A stretch of DNA of 64,000 nucleotides, taken from Proteromonas lacertae (lineage: Eukaryota). The number at the start of each line of letters is the position of its first letter. The first letter of the stretch is position 1. The stretch spans positions 62,001-126,000 of the forward strand of contig NGBS01001161.1 of the NCBI GenBank assembly GCA_002245135.1, written 5' to 3'. Position numbers and translations under genes: made by a program. The notes under the pieces were generated by a model. The model was not told the DNA's origin and made no database searches. It saw only the letters and a program-made list of their open reading frames with translations. Shown in pieces: positions 14,546 to 27,300 of this stretch.

Positions 14546-15352
14546 TCAAGCTAATACATTTTCTTGTCTTGTGGTGTGAAGTGGAGCAGCCTTTAATCGA
14601 ATTAATACGGCTCTTAAACGGCTTATATCTTTATGAGTTTTATCTACATCAGCGCTAGCTGTATCACACATCTTACATACACGTTCCCATGGATTATCTA
14701 AGCTTTTATCAGCTTCCATTTGTGCAATGAGTTGTTGTTCTTCTGTTCTATTGGTTTCCATCTTCACTTCTTTTGTTTTTTGTCTTTGATCAAAGAAATT
14801 AGCTAAATCTTGTCTAGCTTGTTCTTGAATTTCTTTTCGTTTTTCATTAGCTTGACGATCTTTCTCTTCGTTCTTTTCTCTCCAATTCTTTGTCCATTCT
14901 CTCATTATTGCATATTCATCTTCTTCCTTTTGTTGGAAATTAGATTGTGATGATGTTTGTTGTGCAGCAGCTCCCCATGGATCTTCTTGTTCTTCTTCCT
15001 CCTCCTCTTCTTCTTCTTCCTGTTCTTGTTCTTCTTCTTCCTCTTCCTATATATTTGGATATAAATGGTATATTATACACTTGGTTGTTCATTTACTTCT
15101 TCTCCTTCATTTCCTTGTGTTTCTTCTGTGAATCCACCGAAACCATCATCATTTTCTATTTGTATTAGATATAATTCATATTTATAAGATAAATCATAAA
15201 AACTAATATTAATGATAGGATTTCAATATTTATAAGTCTTTGTTGTTAGATTAAGCAATTGAACTTAACAAGACAACTGATAAACTTGCAATCCATAAGC
15301 AAATATTCATAGATAATATATATATACCATTATCATCTCCAAAAGGATCCAT
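14546..15352 (-). CDS. Clathrin light chain
   Basis: MDPFGDDN start, acidic N-terminus, MREW...EKNEEKD...ARQDLANFF...NPWERVCKMCD...KDISRLRAVLIRLK; introns 15156-15327 and ~15047-15076. Confidence 0.9.
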
Positions 15353-16050
15353 ATTTATATTTAAAAACGAGAAATAAAACCAATAAAGATATTTGAGTAG
15401 ATACGGCTTCTCTGATTTAATTGGACAAGTTTCAAAAATATAATAAAAGTCCTATTTAATTTGGCAGTTATATCATTACCCCCTAAAAATTTCTAAGAAT
15501 CCAGCCTGACGTGAATAAGGGTTTTGGTTTTCGGAATGTTGTTTTTTTTGCATTTTATTTAAGATCCGAAAGCTTTAAGTAGGATATAGATTAATATTTT
15601 GCTTATATAAGGTTTGAATATTAATAATTTCAAGGATATAAGGATATAGCTCCATATTTTCGACATTGTTCTTTAGATATATAGTCGTAGAAATCATAAA
15701 ATGCATTTATTATGGATTGTCATTTAGAAATAGATTAAGATAGTCAATATAAATGATTTCATTTTGAATTGAGTATTATATGATAGTTTATATCACTTTA
15801 TTTTATGATAAGTGAATATGATGTGTGAGGAATATATATTTTTTTGAGTTAATAAACGATAGTTATAAACATGAGTGTTTATATTTACTAAAAGTTTTTA
15901 ATTCTTTTGAGTTTCACATAGTATTGATATTTCTATTATTTACTAACAACAACTTCACTTATATTAGAAGTATCAAGAAAAATGAATGAAATTGTCGAGC
16001 CAAGCCATTCATTTTTTGACTTTCCTTCTTGTTTATAGCCAAAGAAAGAA

Positions 16051-16813
16051 ATGGGACTCAATTCTCGTAATATGTTTACAATTTTAGTTGTAATTGTGGT
16101 GCTATCATGTATTTTCTAGTTTATTATCTCTTTAGATGCCTTATTATTTATGTCTTTTTTCTATTTTTCCAACAAAAGCTCATCATCAGATGAGATACAA
16201 AATGTCAAAGGTATGAAACAATATTTTTAGTATAAATAGAACAACAGCCGAATATCAGGACTGAAACAAAATCTCGTATTGCATTTATATTATATTTATA
16301 CATTAGCGCAAATAAATCCACAACAACAAGTGAATAATAATAATAATATTCAAAATCCACAGATTAACCAAAATCAACAGGTGAATCCTCAAATAAATAA
16401 TAATAATAATGTTAATAATCAAAATAATAACAATCAAAATGCAGTAAAAGGAAATGATGATGATGATGATGACAATAATAACAATCCAAATGATAAAGAC
16501 AATGACGAAGATAATCAAAATTGGGGAAAACAGGCTATTGATGGAAGGAATCCAATGGATCGTGGTGATATGGGAAGAGATGGGCCAGATGGAGATGCAA
16601 GATGGGATCATGATTGGAAAAAACAAGAGAATGAAGAAAGAATGAGATCTTGTATATATATATTCATATATTATTATTATTAGATAATGAAGAACATCCA
16701 ATGGATTATAATGTACCAAGATATCATGTAATGAATAAGACTATACAACAAGTAAAAAGTGTATTTTCACCATTATTGCCAGTAGAAGGAATAAAATATT
16801 TCTTTAGTATAAT

Positions 16814-16847
<34 letters not shown>

Positions 16848-18257
16848 AATGAACCTTCAAGAGCAATGTTAATTCATTCCTTTACACAAAACTGTGAATT
16901 AGTCTCAAGAGTATTATTTCAATTTACACGAAATCCAGATCAAGGAAAATATCATATTTATATAGCATTATATGGAAATGAAACTGATCGATGCATGATT
17001 CACTTAAAGAATATTTACTCAAATTATATCAAAGGAATTATAACAGAGCCAAAAGAATTGGCTAATAGAGATAGTAGTGATTATAGATATAGAATGATAT
17101 TTTATCAATATGCAATGAATGTAATATTTACTGATAAACAATATGATATAGGTATAATATTAGAAGAAAAAACAGTTCCAAGTGAAGATTTAATTGATTA
17201 TTCACTGCAAACTGAGACATTATTATATTATGATCCAAGTGTATTTTGCATATCTTATTATAATGATAATGGATATATGGAATATGTGTTTAGTACCATT
17301 CAGTTATATAGATCTGAATTATTTCCAACCTATGGCTATATGATTAATAGAAAAACCTGGACTCAAGTCAGTAATAATTGGCCTTCAGATGGTGGTAGTG
17401 GTTGGGATCATTTCATTAGAACATATGTTAAAGAATATGATTTAGAATGTATTATACCTGAATATAGCAGAGTTCATGTAGTAACTGAGTATCAAAAAAC
17501 TAATGAAAATAATGATGTTGATGATAGATCCAATAGTAGTCCATTAGAATGGTTTAAAGGAAGAAGTGGTACTAATTTTGGTGAATTATCTTATTTATTA
17601 CAAGCGAATTATGAGATAGTATTACAAGAATTGTTTAAATCTAATCCAATTAGTCCAATTAAAGATTTAGATGTAATTGGATTTGATTGGAGTAATCATA
17701 GTTATTATATGGAAAATTCAACTACTATTTATGCATTTACACAGCAAACTGCTTCAAGTTCTACAACTGTCAGTAATTTATTATCTAAACCAAAAGGATA
17801 TCATAAAGGCACAATAGTTGTGCCATATCCACCTAATGGAATTGTTATTTTTGCTGATAAATCTCAATCAGTTTATTTACCAAAAGATGTATATATATTA
17901 ATATATTTTTTATTATATATATAGTTGAGAATTGGAAGTCAAAATGATATTGTATATTTAACCAGTGCAATTGGTCAAGATTGTTCATCTGTATGTGATA
18001 ATTATGGTTGGTTTTATACATATGAATGTGTAGATGAATATCTAGCATATGCCAATAAATGTGATGTGATGAAACAACATTTTGCTTGTGAAAATGGTTG
18101 TGTTATGGAGTTAGGAGATGATGTGCCTGCTTATGTTGCTACATTAGGAAATAATTATCATAAATGTGTTACTACTGAATCTACTACATTTACATGCAGT
18201 GGATCTCATGAAAGAACTCAAAGATTATGTACTTGTACAATAAAACCAGCGGATTAG
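16051..18257 (+). CDS. Type II membrane glycosyltransferase, GT13 (GnT-I/POMGNT1-like), with Cys-rich C-terminal domain
   Basis: N-terminal TM anchor, N/Q-rich stem, DPSVFCISYYNDNG, LYRSELFPTYGYMI, WP...WDHFIR...ECIIPEYSRVH; C-terminal C..VC...C...FTCSGSHERTQRLCTC. Confidence 0.8.
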
Positions 18258-18431
18258 AATGTTCTATTATTAATTAATTTTGATATTTTGACAGAATGTT
18301 GATTTTATAGAAACGAGATGAAATCTTATATTAAATGAGTAATAAAACTAAATTGAAAAAGAGTTTAAAATATTATACAGAAATGATTTTGTATTTGTGT
18401 ATTTTTGTATTTAACAATTTTAACTAAATCT

Positions 18432-19570
18432 ATGGATTGCCCTCGTTTAAAGCTCAATAATGGAAGAGAAATTCCACAAATTGGTTTAGGGTATTGACTT
18501 ATATAGTATACTGACAGAACATGGAAAGGTCAAGGAAATGAAACAAAAGACGCTGTTGTGGCTGCTATTAAATGTGGATATCGTCACATTGATTGCGCAA
18601 TGTCATATGATAATGAATATGAGGTGGGCACAGCATTAAAAGAATGTATTCCTTCAATTATGAACAGAGAAGATTTATTTGTCACATCTAAATTGTGGTA
18701 TTATATATTTAATACTATTGATAATAGGATAAACGATTATGATGATGTTGAAAGTGCTCTAAGAGTATCTTTACATAAATTGGGTTTAGAATACTTAGAT
18801 TTATATCTTGTATATATATTCATAAGTTAATAACATTAATAGATGCATTGGCCAATATTCAAAAGACCTAAATGTAAGAGAGATCCAAAAGATTATGATC
18901 ATTGGTTTTTAGGTTTCAATGCAGAAACAGAAATATTGACTTATGATAAAGGATGGATTAACAAAGTATGGGGTGACTTGGAAAAGTGTGTAGAAAAAGG
19001 ACTAGTCAAAGCAATAGGTGTTAGTAATTTTTCAACAAGTAAAATCGAGAAGATTTTAGAATTTGCTAAAATATCACCAGCAATGAATCAAATAGAAGTT
19101 CATCCAGCTTTATCAAACGAAGAAACAATCAAATATTGTCAAAGTAAAGGAATACAAGTAACTGCTTATTCTCCTTTAGGTAGTTTAGATAGACCAGCTC
19201 ATTTTGTTGAGTATATATATTGTTTTTATTAATTAATTATTGTAACAGAGAAACAAGTCCCTGTTCCAATTAAAGATCCAGCTATATTGGAAATAGCAAA
19301 GAAACATAATAAAACACCAGCTCAAGTGATATTAAGATGGGACATTGAAAGAGGAATTTGTGCAATTCCAAAGAGTGTTCATAAAGAAAGAATTGAAGAA
19401 AATATCGATATATTTGATTTTAAATTGAGTGGTGAAGAGATAAGCAAGATTAATGGATTAAACACGAATGTATTTAATTAATCTACTCTTATTTTTATTT
19501 ATAGTCGAGAATCTTCAACGGAATGCACCACCTCCATAGTGAAACAGATGTAGTTAATTTATGGAAGTAA
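18432..19570 (+). CDS. Aldo-keto reductase (AKR1A/B-like), copy 1
   Basis: LNNGREIPQIGLGTW, GYRHIDCAMSYDNE, LDLYLMHWP, IGVSNF, AYSPLG, IPKS; five introns; apparent extra C near 19260. Confidence 0.92.
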
Positions 19571-19665
19571 TATTCTAATGTTATTATGTTATTTTCTTGT
19601 TGTGTCGTTTCATATCATAAGAATTTTCTCTTATATTCTCTATCTTAAATCTTTAATCTTGTGTG

Positions 19666-20724
19666 ATGAAGTGCCCTTATCCAACAATCAAACTTAACAA
19701 TGGAGCAGAAATGCCATTACTTGGCTTAGGGTATATCTTTTTTTGTGAATTACATCTAATCTTTTTATAGTACTTGGAAAAGTAAGCCAGGTGAGGTAAA
19801 GCAAGCAGTAATTGATGCTATTAAAGCTGGATACCATCATATTGATTGTGCTATGGCTTATGATAACGAATGTGAAGTAGGTGAAGCTTTAAAAGAATGT
19901 ATTCCGATCAGTTGTAAAAAGAGAAGATTTATTCATTCACAACAAAATTATGGTTAACAGACTTTGAACATGTAGAAGAAGCAATAAATTGTTCATTAAA
20001 AAGATTAGGATTAGATTACATTGATTTATATTTAATCCATTGGCCAATTTATTTAAAACCAAAAGATTTAAAGAGAGATCCAAAAGATTATAAACACTGG
20101 TTCCCAGGATTTGACTGTGCTTGCGAAACACATACTTATGATGAAGGATGGATAGTTAAATTGTGGAAGGATATTGGAATCTTTAGTAGAAAAAGGATTA
20201 ACAAAATCCATTGGTATTAGTAACTTCAGCAAATCAAAAATTGAGAAATTATTAGAAACAGCAAAGATAGTTCCAGCAATGAATCAAATTGAAATTCATC
20301 CTGCTTTAGCTCAAACTGAATTAATCGAATACTGTCGTAGTAAAGGAATTGAAGTGACTGCATACTCTCCATTAGGTAGTAATGATCGTGAAAAAGCATT
20401 TGTGAAAGATTCAAACCCAGTTCCATTAAAAGATCCAATAATTAACGAGATTGCTAAGAAACATAGCAAGACTGCAGCTCAAGTGATATTAAAATGGAAT
20501 GTACAAAGAAAAGTAGTGACAATCCCAAAGAGTGTTAATAAATCAAGAATTGAAGAGAATATCAATATATTTGATTTTGAATTGAGTGATGAAGAAATGA
20601 AGAAGATTGCTGATTTAAATACCAATGTATTATTATTATATATTGTATATTAAAATAGAATCGTATATTTATTGGTGAAAACTTCTTCTCCAAAGCTGAA
20701 GACAGAGAAAAATTATGGGCTTAA
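19666..20724 (+). CDS. Aldo-keto reductase, tandem copy 2, with ~3 apparent 1-nt insertions (assembly error or young pseudogene)
   Basis: Paralogous to copy 1 ([39 protein letters not shown]); frame breaks near 19906, 19937 and 20174. Confidence 0.85.
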
Positions 20725-20844
20725 ATAAATAGATTTTATTTTAACCCCATTTCATTCTATATAATGTAATTTGTAATTATTTAAGAAATGCACATTATTT
20801 AAAACAAAATATCTTCTATTTCTATAACAAATGCAATTCTTTGT

Positions 20845-21750
20845 TTATTTATTTTCTAGCAAATACTTTCTTCTTCTTTTTAATGAGCAATATTGACATC
20901 CACTTTTACCAGCTTTAAATCTTTCTCTAGACTTCATATTATGACATCTATTGCATCTTCTACCATTTACTATTTTTGAAGAACTTTCCCAATCCTTTAA
21001 GCATCTCCAATCTTTAATATTTATAGAACAATGTAAACAAATCATCTTATCTGAGTGTAAGTCATCATGACACTCATAAAACTGAAAACATTCATTTATA
21101 ATCTTTTTTTCTTTACAACAGAAGCATTCTACATATTGTTTCACATTAGAATTAGAATTTTGTCTATCTTCTTCTATGCATCCATCAACACTTTCGTTTT
21201 CTAGTTTTATCTTTAATCTTAACCTTTTCTTTTTTAAGAGACAGTGATCACAGTTTTTATTCTCATTTTTAAATCTAAAATATGATTTCTCTTTTTCACA
21301 TCTTACGCATTTTCTAGTTATTAAAGAATATGGCTCTTTTTCCCAGTCTTTTAGTAATCTAGAATCTGTTACATATGAAGAGCATTTTAGACACATTAAA
21401 TTATTCTTTGCATCCGTATTATCGTCACTAAAGATAAACATGTTTCTCATAATGCATCTTTTACCACAACAACAACAATTTCTTTGAGTTAAACTATAAT
21501 TAACTTCGCTTTTGCTATTCACTAAATTTTTTATTGTTTTTTCATCATCTTTGTTCATTTCATTTGTATCTTCATATTCCGCTGGGTAGAAAGCATCTTC
21601 AGTGTAAACATTACCATTGTGAGAATTATCAATAGCAACATATATATTGAAAGGGTCATTATCAAGAGTGCTATCATAATCTAACGGCGATAACTGAAGG
21701 TCTTCTAGATCATTTGTTACAATATTCTCCTCTGCTAGCTTGACATCTAT
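20845..21750 (-). CDS. Cys-rich protein with two tandem 8-Cys (four CxxC) zinc-binding modules and basic tails
   Basis: CCCC..CLKC..LKDWE..CVRC..RFK..CDHC.LKKKR repeated as CFCC..CLHC..LKDWE..CNRC..RFK..CQYC.LKRRRK; frame stays open upstream of ATG 21558 to ~21770. Confidence 0.7.
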   Translation of the reverse strand: MDVKLAEENIVTNDLEDLQLSPLDYDSTLDNDPFNIYVAIDNSHNGNVYTEDAFYPAEYEDTNEMNKDDEKTIKNLVNSKSEVNYSLTQRNCCCCGKRCIMRNMFIFSDDNTDAKNNLMCLKCSSYVTDSRLLKDWEKEPYSLITRKCVRCEKEKSYFRFKNENKNCDHCLLKKKRLRLKIKLENESVDGCIEEDRQNSNSNVKQYVECFCCKEKKIINECFQFYECHDDLHSDKMICLHCSINIKDWRCLKDWESSSKIVNGRRCNRCHNMKSRERFKAGKSGCQYCSLKRRRKYLLENK

Positions 21751-22486
21751 AATATCAGGTATTCGACATTCTCAGTGATTTATATCTTTTTCTATATTCT
21801 GATAGTTAAAAAATCAAATAAAAATTATATAGAATTATCAGCTACTACAAGTATAGTATAGCTAATGTTAGTTTATTATTACTATATGATTATAATTTAT
21901 GAAGAACTTTAACAATTTTTGATTGGATTAAATGACAAAGATGATTGGATGAATAAAAAAAGCTCGATTTTGTATATTTACACTAGTGTTTATTTGGCTC
22001 TACCGAATTTTACAATTATTATAAAATGTGTTTATCGACATACACATGATCTGATCTAAGTAATAGATACATGCTTATATTAAATGTGCAATGGAAACTG
22101 TGTAGATTCAAGCCAAAAAAACGTGAAATGCTAAGAAAATATTAAATTTGTATATTTGTCAGAACAATCAATAAGAATATGATGTTTATTATCTTTAATC
22201 TTTCATCAAAAAGACATTTTTCTTTTAATCTTGATTAATTCGATTAAATCAATTATTGAGCAGTAATAAACATAATAAACCTTTATTAAAAAAATAAGTA
22301 ACAAATTTTATAAAGAAGGTATAATTTACTCATCTTTTATTCTGAAATATTCTTTCATGTTGAATAATAATCGTAATGAACATCAAAATAGTGTTGAAAT
22401 ATGTGAATTACATAGTCAATTTCAAAACACAAAATTTGGATCATTATGTAACGATAATATTTTTTTAAAATAAAGTTAGACATCTA

Positions 22487-23169
22487 ACACTTTTATCTAC
22501 TTACCACTGATCATACTCTTGAATATATTTCCAGCTACATTAACATATGAACCCCAGTCTACTGAAGATTGTTGATGTGGCACATCTGTAGAAACTGTCA
22601 TCTTTGTTCTATTCACTAATGCATTCAAATCTGTTTCAAGTATGCAACCGTTGTCAATTATTTCATCAATAAGAAGTAAAACATATTTCAAATTATCGAA
22701 CAATGATCTTTTATCAATTGAACCACTATTCATATTAACAATATACGATTATATACTAGCAAATTGTATTTAATGCATCATAAAAAGACTCCAATAACGA
22801 AATCAAAAGCAAATCATTTTCACTATCGTTGGCTATCATGTATACAGTACATTCATTACCACATTTATAAGCTACTAAGTATGTATCAACTACAATTACT
22901 TCAGCTAAGACAATATATAAGCGAAGATACCATCAGAACGATTAACAATATTCTTAGTTCTATTAAAAATATTCTTTTCTAAGGCTTCACTTTCTTCAGC
23001 GTTTTTAAGGTATTTAGAAAAGTATTTTCTTACTATTTTCTCTCCAGTTGTATCAAGAATAGTAATGCCGTGGATATATGGAGCAATTGAGTTCTATGAA
23101 ATTATAAAAAATGTCAAATTCCATACCATTGCAATATAAATGATTGAAAAAGCAAGATGAAAAATATCT
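22487..23169. repeat. 683-bp direct repeat, left copy (partner 33239-33921)
   Basis: Sequence reads identically at an offset of 10,752 nt, from ACACTTTTATCTAC to AAAATATCT. Confidence 0.92.
22497..23129 (-). CDS. COPZ: Coatomer subunit zeta, copy 1
   Basis: Spliced MNSIAPYIHGITILDTTGEKIVRKYF...ENDLLL...IDKRSLFDNLKYVLLLIDEIIDNGCILETD; three introns, the first directly after the ATG. Confidence 0.88.
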
Positions 23170-23459
23170 TTCCATAGTTATAATATCTTTGATTTTAATT
23201 ATTAAAACTTTTTTCTATTAACATATATGTATGTTTATGTATAACAGTAAGAATATCGCTGTTAGTTCGATTTTAGTTGCAGAAAATTCTAATGTGTGAA
23301 TAAATTTATGGGTCAAAATTAATTTTTGTGTTTTTAATAGTTTGTAGTGTTGTAGATTAGAAAATAAGTGCATAAATAGATTAATTACTACTTATTCTAC
23401 CCCAATAAGTAGTGTTAATTCAAGTGTTTGAAGGTGAAAAATCTATGACAATAAATAAC

Positions 23460-24345
23460 CTATGATATTTATACTAATAATGCTTCGAATGTAAGTGCTG
23501 TAGAAGAGAGTATTAGTAAAGCTGAGATATTCAAAGCTAATACTTCGTTGTAGAAGATAGTAATACAGATAATATTGAATTATTTCAAAATCCTCAAAAT
23601 GTAACTTTCCCATCAGGAAAAGTAATGTCTATATATTTAGATGATAACTGGGTTAGGAAAAACACTTCACTTTCGTGTTTTGTGCCTTTCATTGTGCCTT
23701 TCACTCACCAAAACTCCTCATTAATTCTATGCGTCAATTTCATAAAGCACGGTATAAATTATGCGTGTTTTTTTTTGTCCCTACATTTTTTGTTTTAAGT
23801 TGTTGATTTTTTGTTGCTATTAGTTTATAATATCATTCAATAAGCAAATGCTCGAATTTAACAAAATATATCATAATATGAGGAATTTTTATTACTAATT
23901 TTATAACCATTTATTATATAAATTAGTATTTTTATGATGCGAGTTGGTTAAATTTTCATACTCCTATCAAATTATTAAAATATCTGTATACTTACTTGAA
24001 TATAGCTCTGACTTGATGCTTTAATAATTCTAAACTGACTGCTTTAAAAGAATTGATGAAAACTAATTGTTTATAGAATTGATATTTATCTTTCAATCTG
24101 AAAGGAAAATGTGTAATATATATGAAGAAAAATTTGGTAAAATAGGTGAAGTAACAACAATTAATGGATATAATGATCAGAATTTTATGAAAGATAGAGT
24201 AAAAATGAATGTATATTACACTAAAGATAGAAAAATTGCAGAAATTCTAGAAAATGTTATACAAAGAACATTATTTAAATATGGAATTTTATTAGGCAAA
24301 GTATATAGTATAGTATCAGATAATAATAATAGCTTATTCAGAATT
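23460..24345 (+). mobile_element. Degraded hAT-superfamily transposase-like relics
   Basis: IAEILENVIQRTLFKYGILLGKVYSIVSDNNNS (~24235-24333) resembles the hAT catalytic strand (aenl...l..ygi...v.sivtDNaaN); DIYTNNASNV at ~23464-23493 resembles the same TDNASNM motif; no intact ORF or TIRs seen. Confidence 0.45.
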
Positions 24346-24368
24346 CATAAATCTTTGTCGTTTGTAAC

Positions 24369-27300
24369 TCAGAATAAAACCTCATCATCATCATCATCAT
24401 CTTCTTCTTCTTCCATCTTTTCTTCTTCCATCTTTTCTTCTTCCATCATTACTCTTTTCATCATTACTTCTTTCATCATTACTTCTTCCATCATTACCTC
24501 TTCTCTTAATTGATAAAACAGTATATATGGAAGGAAATTAGAATAATATTCTTTATTATTCTCCACATCATATTCATTCATTACTTTATTATTATCAAAT
24601 AAATACCATTTATTATCACAAGAACACTTACATATTGAAATATAATGACTGTTTTCGAAACAGTAACTTGACATTCCAATTAAATCATATATTTTCCTTT
24701 CTTTATCTATTGAAAATAAAATATAATATATAAATATACTTTTCATATAGTCAGTTAAATCTAATACATCACAGATATTAACAACTTTTCGTATTACCTC
24801 ATTCTTATCATCAAATCTCTTCAAATGAATTATTAAGATTTTTGGTGTTATATTAATAACACATTTAGAGTAATTCAAACAATCTTCTATATGTATGTTT
24901 TCATCATCAGGTATTGCAACTGATAAACCATATGGCTGTTCATTATTATCTATTCCAAATAAATCATCTATTATATTTTGATTTTCACTAAGAGTTTTTA
25001 ATAGTAACTCCAAATATGCATATGCATCTTGTTGTTTATTAACTATATTACATTCTTTTATTGCTATATTCACAAGATCAAATGCTTTTTTCATATAAGT
25101 TTGATTGTCATCTTCTTCATCATAATATCTGTATTGGTAACAATTTGCGAAAAAATCTAGTAATGGTATGATATTAGCTAAACATCTCAATATCGACTTT
25201 ATATAACTACTATCACCATCATTTGGTTGTTGTTGTTGTTGCTGCTGTTGTTGCTGTTGTTGTTGTTGTTGTAGTACAGAAGTTGATGCTGATGTTGGTA
25301 TATCACTATCATCTTGTAGATTAATTTCTTTCTCATCTCCAATTTCTATCATGATTTCTTTTCCATATACTGAATTACCAAATTTGGATTTACAGTATTT
25401 AATGGCTGTTTTATCTAGATGTATATCTCCTATATAATGTGAAACTAATACTTTTGTTTGCAAAGGTGATGAAACAGATGAACTATTATTGGATACTACA
25501 ATATAATATATATTATTAAATTGCATTATCTTTTTCAAAGCACATATACACTCTTTAATCTTATAATCATAATGTGACACTTCTCGTTGATTATTTATTA
25601 CATGAATAAAACAGTTATTCATCAAATAAATCATTTCTCTATTCTCAAGAGTTGCTAAATGAAGTAAATATATTCCTTCCTTTTTTGTAGAATATATATC
25701 TACATCAAATAATTCTTTAAAAGTTGTAAATTGATTTTCATTAATTGCAATAATTTCAAATACCTCATTGATTTGTCTTTCAATTTTTTTAATCTCTGTA
25801 TTATATAAACAGTTGTAAAATACTAGTTCTTCAAATAATAACTGAAATAATTGATGATATTTTTCACTATAAATGTCATTAAAAATTCTTTGAATTTCAT
25901 TAACATCTTCTTTTTCAGCTTTGTGTTTAATATTATAGTATACAAAATCAAATACTTCATCAGAAATAAACTCCATTTCATCTTCATTTATTCTATCATA
26001 ACATTTGGTTGAATTATCTTCATCTCGAAAGGGAATAGAATACTTTACTATATAATGGCATAATGTACTATCAAATGTTGCTGTTCTTTTGGATATTTTA
26101 TCGCTTTTAGATTCACTTGGAAACAGATATTTCATTAGAAATTCTATATACCCAAGACCACCTATTATTCTTTTTATACCTATTGAGTATAACTCATCCC
26201 AGTAATTTTTACCATAACAAACATCATATATTGCTGAATAATAGATATGTCTTGGTACATTCCCATATCTCTTATTATATTTATTATGTATGATTGATTT
26301 TCTCAATGTTGTTGGTAAACACTTTTCTTCCCATTCTAATATTTCATCATTGCTAAATACATCCATAAAATAGTATATTTTATTAGGATTACCTTCATCG
26401 AAATTCTTATAATTCTTATAATCTGGTGAAGTAATATACAATATAATTGAAGCATTTGCAGTAGCTTTATCTAAGTCATATGAATCTGATATAGCTATAT
26501 CAGATAGATGATTATCATTTAATCCATACACATATTCTCCTTTTAATTGATACTGAGTGCAAATATCCTTTTGTGCACTTTTAAATATCGATGCCTTAAT
26601 TTTTAAGGTAGCTTTATCTTCTTCAACTATGTTTTGCAATTCAATATTCTTCTCTTGAATTCTTTTATTCAATTCAATGATGTTCTGTAATAAAAATATT
26701 ATAAAAGAGGTTTTTCCACATCCTGGATTTCCTCTCAATAAAATCTTAAAACCTTCACCTAAATTGAAATCTTTTCCATTTTCAGACTTTTCTATTTTTC
26801 TTTCTAAAACTCTATTGTTTAATTCATCAAGAACTTCTTTTTTCTTCTCATAGTCATCGATTTCATCAACAGTTTTCTTAAATATATGCATAAACCTTTT
26901 CATATTCTCTTCATTATCTTTTTCAATTAATTCATTTATAACCTTAACAATAATATTAATCTTATTTACATCTTTACTTTTATCACTATTTATTTTGAAA
27001 AATAATATATAATATTTTAATTTATTCCATATATCTTTATAAACATTTCGGATATACACTCTATTTTCAGGATATTGATATATTTCACATCCAATGCTTA
27101 TTGTATTATTATCATTTATAATCACTGGTTTTTCAAATATTCGACATAAAGCATTCGTTTCTATAATAATAACAATAATATATAATATTATATACTCTTA
27201 CATGGTGAACAATAATCTTTTAGACTTCCTTTCATTGTTTTAATTGCATTATATGAAGATATTAATTCATCTTTATAATCTTTACTAGTAATCTCTTCAT

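Noticed and set aside
21900..22170. Further transposase-like relic (DDWMNKK...)
   Set aside because: Too short and stop-ridden to support a call.
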